A DNA stretch of 64,000 nucleotides, from contig CM106585.1 of assembly GCA_048013815.1 (NCBI GenBank), positions 21,948,001-22,012,000 of the forward strand. The letters run 5' to 3'. This stretch comes from Setoptus koraiensis. Taxonomy: Eukaryota; Animalia; Arthropoda. Under the pieces are notes generated by a model. That model made no database searches. It was not told where the DNA came from and saw only the letters and a list, made by a program, of their open reading frames with translations. The translations under genes and the position numbers were made by a program. Shown piece by piece: positions 1-14,700 of this stretch. How positions within the stretch are numbered: the stretch's first letter is position 1; each line of letters starts with the position of its first letter.

Positions 1-342
1 GTCACAGTTGGTTAGTACCAACAAGCTTGCCACACACAGCTGATTTAGGTGTGTTTGAGCTGTTAGTTAGTGAGTTGTAAGCGACTGATTCGAATCGCTC
101 TGACTCATTGTCAGCTAGGCACACAAACGACACAAACGAATTACGCTAAGACGCTTGTGTTAATGGAGGCTAATGGTGGCTAATGGTGGCAACCAATCAC
201 AAGCAACTACATAATACTACATGTAAAGCTAACTAGTGCTAGATCGTGTCGCTCTCGCACTCGGCTCAAAATTATAAATAGCGCGATGAAATTGCAGCAA
301 CTGCTCGATTTGCAGCGGCATTGTGTTGGTATGCCCAGCACA

Positions 343-436
343 ATTCATTCATCTTTTCACAGTTGATTCATTCATCTTTTCGCAGTTGATTCATTCATCT
401 CTTCGCAGTTGATTCATTCATCTTTTCATAGTTGAT
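343..436. repeat. 23-bp minisatellite (CAGTTGATTCATTCATCTTTTCG), about 4 copies
   Basis: Direct tandem copies seen in the sequence, with no spacers. Confidence 0.9.
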
Positions 437-647
437 AGTTGATAGTTGTAACAATGACCGCCACTCAACAATGGCTCAGCAAAACTTTTGTGTGTCGACT
501 TGATAAGACGGGCTAGCCAAACCGCTATCTATTTATATATTTATACATTTACAGTAGTTACATATTTGTAAATTGTGCTCTTGTGTGTGTTCGCATGCGC
601 ACTCGACAACAGGTGACAGGCTCGACAGCGGCAAACAAACACCAATC

Positions 648-738
648 GCGCGCGTTTGTTGACAATTGTGCGCGTTTGTTGACAGTTGCGCGTGCGTTGA
701 CAGTTGCGCGTGTGTTGACAATTGCGCGCGTTTGTTGT
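648..738. repeat. 18-20-bp minisatellite (CGCGTTTGTTGACAATTGTG-like), about 4.5 copies
   Basis: Degenerate tandem units seen directly. Confidence 0.85.
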
Positions 739-1255
739 CAGCTGATGCGAGCCATCATTTGACAGCTCACAGTGGCTGACAGTGTTGCAGAGTCGACAAT
801 CTCAACGGTTGTCGGCAGCATATCTTGCGATGGCTAGACAGTGTCGGCTAGACAGTGTCGAGTGGTACACAGTGCCCTTACAACACTGTGTTAGACACTG
901 TGTAGTGATGTCACAGTGACATTGTCAAATAATAATCGACTCGAATGAGAATGCAAAACATCAACAAACAATCAAGTGACAGTTCACTTGTCACCTGACT
1001 CTTGTCACTTGTCACTTGACTGGAAAGCCGTACTACTTACATGCCCACATTTGCTGTTTGCTGTTTGTTGTCAGTGACAGCACAATGCAGCAGTATGCCG
1101 ATATGTCACTGTTGGTCAGCTGTTGACAACAGCGTTGTTGCGACGCGTTACCTTTTGTGCCAACTTGTGCCAAGCTGCTGCGACAGGTGGCGCAAGTAAC
1201 CTGACGCTGATATCAGGTGAGCCATATTAACAGGTGAGTGTGAGTGGCAAGTGCC

Positions 1256-1289
1256 TATAAATAGCTTTGGCCACATGCAAACATCAGTA
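1256..1289 (+). promoter_or_regulatory. Putative core promoter: TATA box plus arthropod initiator
   Basis: TATAAATA at 1256-1263 and TCAGT at 1284-1288. The Inr A (1286) is 30 bp from the first TATA T, the canonical spacing. The target transcript is unproven and may be the CABIT gene. Confidence 0.45.
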
Positions 1290-4200
1290 GCTGGTCAGCA
1301 GCAGCTAGGTTAGTGGCGTGCGTTTGTCCGTTATATCACCGTTAATCCGTTAGTGCAAGTCAGTTTTACTCGTTCGGCTGGCCCACGGCCAAACAGCAAC
1401 AACAACAACTAAACAGTGATTACCTAAACAGCTGACCAGGCTAAACGGCTGAACAGGTGACTGGTGGTGGCCGGCAAGTAACGGCTAATGTCCGATTGAC
1501 ATGAACACACACACACACTGACTAATTCAATTTGATGCCGAAATGTAAATCAACGTTAAACGTTGTATGCTGTTACGCATGATGGTTTCGTTATCAGTGT
1601 TGGCTGCTCGCTACAAGTAGCCGCTAACAAACTAATAGCAAGCCAAGTAACGGTCAACCAACAAACTGCCAGTGACAGGCTAACAAACTGTCAGAGCAAC
1701 AAGCTCGAGACAAGATGCCGTGCGCAGATTGAGTCGTCACAACGTTATCTCTGATTTGTCCATTACGCTAATTGAATTGATTGTTGTCGTTGTTTGTCTT
1801 GTGAGCGCTTGTCTATTCGCTACAAGTTTGTGTGTATGTGACATATGTTTTGGGATTTCAACAAATTGGGATTTCGGCAAATGCAATCAATGTCAGAGAG
1901 TTTGAGATTGTCGGGACATTTGCAGCGGCCAACCGGCACTTGATTTGCCGCTGCAAATGTGCACGAATCGGCCCATTGTCGGCACATTAGATAGATATTG
2001 GCATATTAGTATATTAGATTGTCGAACAGGCCAAGTTCAGCGGGCGACTTATGTTACATGCGTTATGTAGCATGTGCAAGTCTTATGTAACATGTAATAA
2101 TGATAATATGATGGAGGCATTGGCTTTAAATTGATCCATTATGGAGTTTGATTGGCCAAAAGTTGCTATTTAGAGTCACTTTCGTGCTCATTGGTTGGCG
2201 CTTGGTTGGCGCTTGGTTGGCGCTTGGTTGCCAACCAAACTGACAAGCCAGCCGACAAACTGACAAGCTGACAAACTGACAGTTGACTGACTGATGGCAC
2301 AAATGGCGTAAGTCTGACAATTGGCCAATCAAACTGACTGATCGCAAATGACAGTTGCCGGGCCGGCCACCAGAGTCGACCGACAGCAATGTGTTGCTCG
2401 ATATGTTGGCTGATAGGCCGCTTGTCAGTACGTCGCTGGCCAGGCCGAAATAAAGCTGCCCACTACAATACTACTAATACTTGAGTTGGCCGCACACACC
2501 ATGTGTACGATGGCCGACATATTTGAGGTTGCCGGAGTGATCGGAATGATCACTTGAACGCAATCGCTCGAAAATGTGACTGCAACCTGTTGTTGTTGTT
2601 GCCGCTGTCGTTGTTGCTGCTGTTGCTATCGTTGTTGTTGTCGTTGTTGCCGTTGCTGCTGCTGCTGCAATTGATTCGCGCGATTTGTTTGCCTGCAGTT
2701 CCGGAAGCGGATTGAGTGAGCACGCAAAGTGTTGCCGTTCGACACTGTCGCCTGTTGTCGTTGTTGTTGTTTGTTGTTGCGCTGTGGCGGTTGTTTGCTG
2801 TAGCCTGGGCTGGATTAATCATAATCACTCCACTGGGCTACTGCTATTAATACATGTGTACATAATGTCAGTAGTTAATGTTATGCGTGTCAGTTGCACT
2901 TGAGGCGATCGTCGTCATCGGCTGACGAGTGCGCAGGCAACAACAGCAACAACAACAGCAACAGCAACAACAACGACGACGAGAGAAGCCGAGTTAATTG
3001 AAGATACGGCATACAAACGCTGATGAGTGTTGCGCAAACACACAACACAGATACACAGTTTCTATTATGGCTGCAGTGGGTAAGATTGTCGGAAAACGAC
3101 GAGCCACAGCTAACGAGTGATAGTTGCGAGTCATAGGATATTCTTGGAATTGTCGGGCGATTCGCGAACGAATCGCATGCTTCTTTGGCTGCGATTCGCG
3201 CCGATATCGGCTGCTTTTCAACTGCCATCACCTACTCGCCTTAGCCGCCATTGTCTCTGTTGGCTGTGCGCCGATCTGGCTACCTCATGGCTCATGCTCA
3301 ATGCTCAATCTCGACTCGAGAATCTCGACTCGAGATTCTCGACGCTTACGACTGCAGCTTTAGGGCGTCAAGGTATTGGTGTCTCAAACCAGTTTGCAAC
3401 ATGCTCATCGGTTTACACACGCTCGTCGGTGTGTGCCCATGTCCTAGCCAGTCGTCAGTGCGTTTGCTGGCATCATTTGATCAAACTTTTGAGCCTTTCA
3501 TGCTCTCACACCCGCTGGTCAGAGGATGCGCTCAAACACACAAATATACGAATATGCGACCATCCTCCAATGCAATGTGCCTCGGCGTCTCGATTGATCG
3601 TTGTATTTTGTGAGCAATGTTCACGACTTGCTTGCCCGCCATCGCCAGATGAATGGGCGACACGGGCGAACTGGGCGAACTGGGCGAAATTGGGACCGAA
3701 TTGACACCGGATCCAAACAAATGTGTCCGCAAGTGAATACTCGTTTTCGTCCACTCTCTCCGCTGGCCACTGGCTGGCGACTGGCCGGCGACATTTGTTT
3801 GCACTTGTCGCCAAGCCAGATTCAGCCCGCGATTGAGGCGGCGAAAAGACACAAATCACAGCGACATTACGTAACGTGACTCATTGGCTGGCCAGTGGGT
3901 GACTCTGTGGTCGTGTTAATGGTCACACAAGCTTGTGGTGGCTTGTGGCGAGCAAGGTCAGTGGAGAAAAAGTCAAAGTGCTCGTCGCGGTTGTCATGAC
4001 AGCTTGTGAGCTCACAATTTGTGAGTATTGTGGCCAATACTCACAAATAGTAATCGCCCATAACTTATTAGGCCACTGCAGCCACTTGTATTCACGTGTG
4101 GATCAGGCCTGAGCGTGGATTGAGCGTGAATATCCATGCACAATGTTGATGTTAACAGTATGTATTTGAGCAGTATCCACTTTAAGTCTAAGCTGCTATA

Positions 4201-5389
4201 ACAACTTGCGAGCCACTACGAGCCAATGCGAGCTAGCCCCGCCACTAGGCCACTCCTGCCGGACAGTGGCTCCGCCTACACCTTGTTTGGCGTCGTCAAT
4301 CGAGCTCAGTTTGGATTGGATTGCGTCGGCCGTGGCCCGCCGCCCGTCGACTGAGCTCACAGCGACTGTTGGCGTAAAAAGCTCAATAGGCTCAGTTTGG
4401 CGGCGAGAGAGAGAGCGAGGGATGCAGATAATGAAATGATTGCTGAGTTTGGGCGACTTTGCATGGGTTCAATCAGCGTCTGCTGATAACAGTCCACGCT
4501 CAACAGCAACTACGACAAGTGCAACTGCAAGCGCAACTGCAAGCGCAACTACAAACGCAACAAGTGCCATTACAACGAGCGCAACAGCAGCGCTACTCAC
4601 TTTACATCGCGAAATCGGTTGCTTTTTTATCAGCAAGCGCTGCGATTGCTATTGCAGCAACAGCAACAACAACAGCAACAACAACGACAGCGGCAGCAGC
4701 AACAAGTGCAGCCAGCAACAACAACAACAACAACAATCGACGAGCAAACAGCAAACAGCGAGGCGAACGGCAGAGAATAAATGATCGTCTCGAGACATGA
4801 GCCCATAGTAAACTCACACACTCACCACTGAAAAGAATGAGAAATTTTTGGCAAGACTCTCGCTGGCTGTCCCATTGCTCGCTGCTATCGTTATCGGTTT
4901 GCGCCGACATCCAACACAAATTACAAATATCATCAGCTATTTGTAATAATGCCACTGCAGTAATTTGCTAAACGTACCTCACATTACCTATTGCTCACAT
5001 TGCCAGTGCCTAGCCAGTAAATCTGGGCTCTGTTGCCGCCACCAGCGACACATTTACGAGTTTGTGAATCAGTGAATCAGTGAATCAGTGAATCAGTGAA
5101 TCAGTGAATAGCAATTGCAAGCTCGCCGCATAGTTGCCTTAGTTGGCGTCAGCAGCATGGCAGCCACGACTGTGATTCAACGACGGAGCTGCTAGAATCA
5201 TTTAATTAATACACACACACACACACACACACTGAGATTAGTTGCAAGAGAAGCCAAATTAAGTTTAAGTGGCAGTTAAATAAGCTCGCCTATTATAGTT
5301 ATAATTGTAGCCAGTTGCACAACAAATTGTCTCACAATTGCCAGCGTCAAGGCGACACGCAAAATGCAAAATGTGAACTGCGAAACGCA

Positions 5390-5523
5390 ACGTGAATAGC
5401 AGCGTGAATATCAAGACGCGACGTGAACAGCAACGTGAATATCAAGACGCGACGTGAATAGCAACGTGAATATCAAGACGCAACGTGAATAGCAACGTGA
5501 ATAGCAACATGCAACGTGAATAG
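5390..5523. repeat. 31-bp minisatellite with two RCGTGAA cores per unit
   Basis: Nine cores start at 5390, 5402, 5421, 5433, 5452, 5464, 5483, 5495 and 5514, a strictly alternating 12/19-bp spacing. Confidence 0.9.
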
Positions 5524-5766
5524 CAAGTCGTCGAAGCCATAGTCGCCGAGTGTCACATGGCCGCCAGAGGCCAACCAAGAGCCACAAGCCAACAAAGAGC
5601 CAGCAGCCAAGAACGAGAAAAGAGCCAGCAGCCAAGAACGAGAAAAAGAAGCAGCAAAAGTGCAAGCAACAGCGCAAACAACAGCAACAAATCACTATTT
5701 ATTACGTAAAAATCAAACAAGCAATCGAGCGAGATACAACCCTCTAATTGACAACAATTGACAACA

Positions 5767-8700
5767 ATGGTGGCCAACAAAACGGCCGGCTCCGTTGCGC
5801 TGGGGCCACTCTACAACGAGCGCAAATGCTCACAGAGCACAGAGACCAATTTAGATGCCACAGATTCACCTGTTGGCGCCGGCGGCGACTCTAAATACCG
5901 CAACAGCAATTTGCATAATTACATAATGGCCAAAGCGACAGTGCCGGCCGCCGACTCGACAAGGAGGCACGCGCACATGGCGCACATGAGCAAGCAGCAG
6001 CAGCAAGACGATGGCAAATTAAATTGTTTCAAATGGAGCGAAAAGTCGCACAAATTTGAACGATTGGCCAGACTAGAGGGCGCAAATGTGATGCGCGATT
6101 ACACAGACAGACGGAGCCTTAGTCAGGATAGCTCAGTGAGAGAATCGTTGCCGTTGAGGCCGGTGGCGAGCCAAGACAATCTGCTGTCGATGAGGAGCAG
6201 CGATGCGGTGCAAAGCTGGGCCTCAACGCAACGCAAACACGACACCCAATCACAGCAAAATGGTCACCTAAACAAGAGACGCCTGCCATGCCTCGGTCAG
6301 CTAGTCAGAGGCTGCCTGGTGGCGCAGCCTCCCACGCAACCCACGAGCGCCCAACAGGCGGCGCATTTGGCGCACCAGCACCAGCCGACGACGACAACAA
6401 GTGATACTAGCAAACTAAAGCAACAACAGGTGATAATAGGCCTCAACAAGCCCATATTTTGCACTAAATTCAACCAAACTGCTACTACTATTTCAACTAT
6501 TACTACTACTACTACTATTTCACAAACTACCGCCAGCGCCACCTCTACTACAGGGGGCGCCACTGCGACCGCAGCGCTTGCAACGGCCAGTGGAAAGACC
6601 TCACAATTTGTGATTGGTCGCTGCATAAAGTTCCCCCAGCAGCCAGACTATTTGCACTGCAGTAGTCGCGCCAACTCGCACGCCCTCTACGATTCGAGCC
6701 AACCGACACACCAGCAGCAGCAGCACCACCACCAACAACAGCACCAACGACACCAACCACAGCATCAACAACAACAACAACAACAGCCACAGCAACTGCA
6801 CAGGCCCGTGCTCACCATTCAGGGCGACAGAATTCTTATGCAACATTTCGACAAACAAGTTCCGGTGACGTGGAACAGTCTGGCCACGACACAACAGCCA
6901 AAACGTGATCCGGCCACCGCCGCCGCCCCCACTAAGCCCACCCTCTTCGGGCCCCATCTGGCCATTCCCGACACTTACCCTGGCTGGTTCGAGATCCTCA
7001 GCGAGCAGGGCCAGTCGACTAAATGCATCGACTCGCTTCAGGAGCTCATCAAGCTCAGTCCGCACATGTGTCTGGTGCGCGAATCGTTTCAGGCCCATCT
7101 GGGCATCGAGCTCATGGTGCCCGTAAACAACCAAAATAGCGGCCCGTCGTCAGCGGGGGCGGACAATTCGCAACAGCAGCAGCAGCAGCCGCAATCGACG
7201 GACACCATGCGGAGCGTTCCCATTTCGGACACTTCCACGGGCACGTCGCGATCGCTGACAACGCAGTATAATCAGGCCGACAATCAGGGCACCAAATTGA
7301 AAAGGATGCTCAAAATAAGCGATCAGCTGGTGATGCTGCAACCGGGCGACATAATCACCATGTGCCGGCCCGCGCCCCGTCTCCTCGAGCGGGCCCGTCA
7401 GCTGCACGATCAGCTGAAACAAGCAACGACATTATCTTGCCAAAATAGTCTAACAAAGCTTTTGCATTGCTTGTACGAGGAGCACGCTTGCGTGAATAGA
7501 CGTGCCATGAATGCAAATCAGCAGCAAGCGGCAACAAATTCAAATGTTGCGCCAACAAGCGACAGCAAGCCCGTTGATGGGGCCCACAAATGTCGCGCCC
7601 AAATTGTCGACCAGAACAGATATTTGAAATGTTGGTCGCTGACCACTGGTCAGTACTTGCTCATCAGCCTAATGACGACGCCGCCCAACGGAACGAAACA
7701 GCAACAACAACAACAGCAACAACAACAACAGCAGCAGCAGTTCAGAGTTTTGCTGGCGCCCCAAACAATACGTTTGAGTGTCATCGCCAAGCCGGATCAC
7801 ATAAGCGGCGTGCACACAATGAAAAATTTGCTAACTAAGCGACTTCCGCTAACTGTGCGACTGGTGCACTCTAGCAAGTGGCCGGCGCTGAGCGAATTCT
7901 CGCCCACGCCGCCACCACCAGCATCAAACAACAACAACAACAATAATAGTTCACCTGTGAATAGTTGCAAGCAACCGTTTGAGATAAGACTGATGAGCAT
8001 AGTGGACGACAGCGACACAGTGGCCATATTGCCCATAACTGCGCGTCATCTAATGTCGCCGGCGACATCGTCGGCTAGCTTGCCGCCCATAGTTGTGTGC
8101 AACCTGAAATCTCTGTCGCCGTTGCGTCTTGTCATTGGCGAAAATCACTGTTGTCAACAACAACAATCGCCAACAACGACGACAACAACAACAACAACAA
8201 CAACGACAGCGCTCGACAGGTTGCAGGTGAATAGCAGCAGCAGCAGCGACAAAGGAAGTGGCAAGAAACTGTCGTCGCTGTCGCCGTCGTCGTCGTCGTC
8301 GCTGGGCTCATCGCTAAAGTCGGGCGCCAATTCCACCAATTCGAGCCACCATCACCAACAACAACAACAGCAACAACAACAGCAACAGCAACAACAGCAA
8401 CGCTTGCAACAATCTCGCTCGTCGTCCGTGTCGTCGTCGTCGCGATTGTCCTCTAGTCAGTCTAGATGTAGACCGCTCAACACACCCGACAGCTCGGCCG
8501 GCTCGGCGGCCTGTTCCTCGTCGTCGGCGGCCTCGTCTCAGTTGTCGTCGTCGCTGTCGCCCCGGTCGTCGCCATCCTCAGCGACAAACAAGCAGCAAGG
8601 CCCCAACAGTGACACTAAAACGACACACATTCGCGCATCCAAAGCGGATAAAACCGCAGCAGAGCAGCAAATGGCGCCATCAGCGGCAGCGCCCAATAGT

Positions 8701-11700
8701 GATAAAAAGAAGGGTCGCCCGTTGGGTCGCGAACAATCCATAACGGCCCTGTCGTCGGCCTCTTCCGGTACGGGCACCTCCAGCGAGCGCAGCGCCAAAG
8801 CGGCCACATTGAAACAACAATTGTCGTCGCCGCATCTCAACGCCGGCCAACAAACGACTGAGACAACGGCGCCAGATACGCTCGACGAGGCACTGGAATT
8901 GCTGCAAACACTTGTCGACGACCAACAAGACAGAATACAATTGTTTGCCTACGGTTTTTCGGCGGCCCAGTCCACTTCTAGCATTGGTAGCAAACAGCAA
9001 ACAGCACGTTCACAATTGACGGACAGCAAGCTGGCGAAAAAACAGCAAACCGGAAGTTGCAGTGGACAATACCAGCAGCAACAGCAGCAGCAGGCGGCAA
9101 TTGTGCTGGCCAGCCAATCAAATCAAGTGCCATTACAGACAGACAGTAAAATAGTTATTAATGACAACAATGCCAGAGATAATACATTATTGCAGGCAAT
9201 GATAGATTATTGTAGTTCACCTGTAATTATAAACACCAATGTTGATAACGATGCCATATTATCGACTGATGACGACGATGACGATGACGCCGACGACAGT
9301 GACAGTGTGGTGACAGACAACAATGTCAAACGGTTTAGTTCAAACGGTCAGCTGATACTAATGCAGTCGACGGTGCAACAAGCTAGCAACAACAACAACA
9401 ACAACAACCACAACAACAACGTGACAACAAGTGATAAAAGTAACAGTGGCAGCAAGTTTAATAATTTTTTCAAAAAAAATTACTTCTCTTCCTCGTCCAC
9501 AAGCAACCTGTTACATCATAATTGCAACAGCAACAACAACAACAATAACTCAACAACAACAGCAACAGCGCAATCGAATCAAACAAGTGGTGCCAACAGC
9601 TCGGGCAACAGTGTTAAACAGAGCCTGAGCAAGTTGCATAACCTTGTGTCGTCTAAATTGTCGCATAACAACAACAATCAACAACAGTTTATGGTGACAA
9701 GTCGACAGCAGCAACAGCAACAGCATTGTAGCAAGACAACAGCGACAAATCAAGCTTTGGCCAACGGAAATAATAATAATCGTGCACATAATAGAGTATC
9801 AATGACCGACTGTCAACAGCAACAGGTTGTATTGGCCAATAACAGGCCGTATGTGCGCGCCTATTATGATGAAATAGATCAAATATATGATTATGTTCGC
9901 GGTTTTGCGCCATTGCCAAGCCAATTGCGCAAAATCAAATCAATTGATTTCGAATTGCTAGAACAACGCGCCAACCAACAGAAACAAAAACAGCAACAGC
10001 AGCAACAGCAGCAACAACAACACATGGACAATGCATCATCAGCTGCTTGTGACAGGGGTCATCTGGCAACAGCAACAAATGTCAACGGCAGTAAACATCG
10101 GCAACAGTCAGTGCAAAACATGACAGCTAGTCAACACAGTAATAATAGTAATAATAACGGTCCACTCATGGTCAGAATGAACCAAAAGAATCAAGTGCAG
10201 CCAACATTGCACAAGGCCTATTTCTTGGAGCAAGCGATTGTTGCGCCACTAAATTGTCTTACATCAGTATCAACGAGCAGCGCCAATTTGAAGCAGCAGC
10301 ATCAGCAACCGGAAATGAGCAAACCGCCAACAGCAGCAATGAAGCAGCAGTCTCTGTCTCGTGATTCTAATCACTCACACAGACCGAGACAACAAGTGCC
10401 CACCCACGTCGACGATGCAGTTCGTGTGCCGCCATCAACGACAACAACAGCAACAGCAACAACAACAACAACGTCAAGACCGTTGTCCACTGCGAGCCTG
10501 TCAAAGTCAGCTGTACAGGTGGACAAATCAACAAAACAACAGCGTAGCTTGTCAACAGCTGTTAATGGCAAATCAAATGAGACAGTCACAGCTGGTCACA
10601 GAAATGGGGCAATGCATCGATTGGCTGCCTCGTTGGAACGTCAACCGGAAGCTTATGAAACTGCTTCGAAAAAGCAGCAACTGAGTCAAATTAATGTGTC
10701 CACTGCTAACTCTAGGCCCATCAAGAGTATGACGTCAAATAATCAAAGCAACAACAACAACAACAACAATAGTGAAAAACTGCACCTAAAAACAGCTGAC
10801 AAAATGAATTTGAATGGTGTGCGTTCAAACGGCGACGCAATTGAGGATTTTGTCTGCGACAATGTGTCTGTGATGAGCACCGGAAGTAGTGGCGACACCA
10901 CCAATGAGACTAGCAGCGCCTCTAGCAGTGACGACGACGATGCAAATTCGTTGAGTGACGAATTAGATGAAGAGGATGAAGACGAAGAAGAGGAAGACGA
11001 AGAAGTGGAAAAAAGTGATTCGTCCATAGACCCGTTGGATGCCACCAATAATCGACTGCTTGTTGGCAGCAAAAAACATCCGGCTTTAATATCTGGCAGC
11101 AAAACAGCTGACAACAAACAGCCGATGGCGAGCGGGGGAGCAAAGGTGCGAAGAACGAGGGAACAGTGTGCTGAGTTGGATCATTTGTCGGCCACTACAA
11201 CATCATCGATGCGTCATTTCGACGACGAGGCAACCTCAGTGGACAGTAGTAGCACATCGTCGATAGACAGATCGTATGCCAGTGATGGCGCAATGTGTGT
11301 CAAGTCGTCGAAACAATCAATTAACAACAAGAAACAGATGACAGTTGACAGCGAGCAACAACAGCATGTTGTGCATCATCAACTTATTGAGACGAGTTGC
11401 AGCAGCTCAAGTAGCGATATATTGTTGTCAAACAACGATTACGACTTCAAGGTGCAGCAAGCAAGCGCAACAACGCCAAGCAAACAGCAACAACAACAAC
11501 AACAACAGTCGCCGGATCAAGATCATGAGGAGCACATATACGAGCAGATACCTATAATGATGTCGCCCTCGCCAGCGCCACTATTGGCACTGGCGGCCGA
11601 TGGTGGGCAAAAGTTGTTCAATCGCGCTGTGAAACAACCGGCCGGCAACGTGATGGACGATTATGATAATGAGATGCACCTGCACCAGCACCAGCAACAA

Positions 11701-14700
11701 CAACAGCAACAACAGCAACGACAACAACAACAACAACAACAACAGAAATCATCACGATCTCATGCACAATTGAGTGGCGCAACAGCAACAACAGCACCAT
11801 CAACAACCGGGCCGGAATTGTTGTTGCGTCACCAGCAGCAACAACATGCGGCCGTCGCTAGTGGCAACAACAATAATGGACGCGACTATCCTATTGTGCA
11901 AAGGCAACCACATCAGCAACAGCAACAACAACAGCAACTACAACAACATTTCGGCCAGCATCATGCTCAGCAGCAGCAGCAGCAGCAACTTCCGCCCCGT
12001 CGACGTCTTCACGGAATTCGTGCCTTGGACGGCTGCAATGTTAATGTTAATGTTGCCGCTGCGGCTAATGGTGCCAGTCGGCCCCCTATGGCCCCTATGA
12101 GTCATCATCATCAGCAGGCCAAGCAGTATCATTTGAGCAACGGTCAAGCTGTTGTGATGCACCCATTGACCGAGCGCCAGATAAAGGCCAGCGCCAGCAT
12201 TCGTCAGCACCAATTGGGATACGTGACTGCGCCGGAAATTCGTCACAATCATCGTCAGCAGCATCATTTGATTGCGCAACGACCGGTGACGCAAAACATG
12301 GCGCAAAATATGATGCTGCACAATAGTAAGCATCAGCCCAATGTTATGAGCCGATCTAGCAGCACCAGCAAGATGCATCGATTACACAAACTGATACCTG
12401 CCGTATTGACAAGCAACACCGACGGTCAACAGCAGCCGACAGGTGAGCAGGCACATATGCAAATGTGGCCACTGCGTGTGTCATTGCAGCATAGCGCCCC
12501 CTATGAGCGCCAGTCGGTGCATCATTTGCACACACTGACCAGCCAAACAGTCGATCATCATCCTAGTCAGGCTGTGCTGTCGTCGTCGTCGTCCGCCGCT
12601 CACCTGGACAATCGTCGACACCACCACCAACAACAACAACCTGTCACAACGGGGGCGACAACTCAGTCAGCTGATCAGCCCAATTATAAGCCGCATCAGC
12701 AGATGATGCAAGCACGTGCAAGGCCGCTGTCGTTTGCTGCACCCAGTTGGCCGCTCAATTTGATTGCGCCAAACAATGATGCAACCGTCAACACGACAAG
12801 CTCAAGCAAGTCGGCCACGTCACAACAGCGCCAGCAGCAGCAGCCAATTAATACTAAGTCAACTAATATGCAATCGTCGTTCGACCCCATTATGCCCAGC
12901 CACGGCCAAAATAAGCGCCCTCTATCCCACCAACGACAACTAAACAATTTGGAACAACAACAAGTTGTCAGAGTTGAACAGGGGGCTCGATTGAGGCCCG
13001 AGCTAGTGCTGTCAAATGTGAAAAATTTGTTGCTGAGCAACAAAGAGAACAACAATTATCGCCACGTAGACGCCATACATCACATAGATGACGACGACAA
13101 TGACATGGATGATGACGACGTCGACAACGACGACGACGACGACGACGATGAGCCATCCATGATGATAGATCGCAACGACGACGATGCAGACTCCGGCGAT
13201 GGCAGCAATTTCGTGTCGTCGCGTTCTTTCATTAAGTGCTATTACGGCCAACAATCGTCCAGCCACGAGCCGGCCAACAATAAACGGTGGCAAAAATCAG
13301 CTGCGGATAATCAGAGCAACACCAATCAGCAAGACAACGGCGACATTCGACCGGAAACAAGTGCCACAAGTGCCAGTTATAAGCCGCGAATGAGCGCCAG
13401 CGGCGACAACAGCAACAAACAAGTCAAAAGTCAGCAACAGCAGCAGTCAGCAAGTGGCAAATCTCGAATATTCACATCGCCATTGGCGGCCCTATTTGTG
13501 CAGCAGAACAGAGCGGCCAGTGTGTCGAGCGGCGCAACCGGAAGTGGAGTGGCCGATTGCGGCGCGGCCGCACTGTCGCTGAAACAACCGGCGGCACAGC
13601 AGCAGCTGCAGCAAGATCAGCAAGCAACTAGTGTGTTTGAGGCGCCTGTTCTATTGTCGGGCCTGTTGCACCGAGACGGACCCCACCAGCACGACATAAA
13701 TCGGGCCAGCAGACAGGCACAGACAGCGAGACAGCAGCAGCAGCATTTGGTCACTTCCGGTAAGTCGCCGCGCATGCAGCAGCACAGCAGCGGTGTGCAC
13801 AATGACAACAAGCATCATCATCATGCTCATAAACAAGTGGCTCATTTCGAGTACCCCACCATACAGGTAGTCAGTATGGATGGCAAGTTGACGACAAATA
13901 GTGCTGACCAGCGCCAAATGAGCAAGCACGCCAACGAAACAGGTAGCAATAGATCATCGAATCGGACGCAGCACGATGATGTTGGCGACTTGCTGATGAC
14001 GGACAACAACAACACTAACAGGTCGACCAATTCAACTAATACCTCCACCTCGACCTCGTCCTATGGCGCAGCCATCAGAAACGGCAGCACAAGCGGCGCC
14101 GATGTTGCCACTGGCAGATATCGTCGATCGCCCATGTCATCGAGCAGTAATTGCGCAATAACAAACAGCAGCAGCAGTAATCCGGATAAGAGACAACAGC
14201 GCGGTCATGTGATGATGCGCCGACCTTTGCCCAAATTGCCCACTGACGACACAGTTGTGACAGCGAGCAGCGCAGATTTACTTACGTCATATACGACAGG
14301 TAAATCTGGTGCTGGCAAACTTGCTGGTGGCGCCACCAGCAAGCCAGTGGCAGCGAGTGACAAATTGCTCAAACACCCCAAGCGGCCTGCACAGGCGATC
14401 GGCATTGGGGCCAACGACGAAAGTAGCAGCTTCATCGACGGCCACTCGGCTTGCGGTTCCATGTTGAGCGGCGGCAACCACAACAACAACAACAACAGCA
14501 ACAACAGCAACAACAGCAACAACAACAACAACAGCAACAACAGATTGAGCAACAATCTTTTGAGCGGGCACAGATTCAAATCGCTGAGCGACTTGTATCA
14601 CAAGCAGCAGCGCAAACAACAACAGCAACAGCAAGAGGCGCAATTCCGGCACAGACACCGGGGCTTCAGTAAATCACAGTCGTCAATTTCGTCGTCGTCG

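Noticed and set aside
343-5523. Minisatellites as CRISPR-like arrays
   Set aside because: No unique spacers, no cas genes, eukaryotic context.
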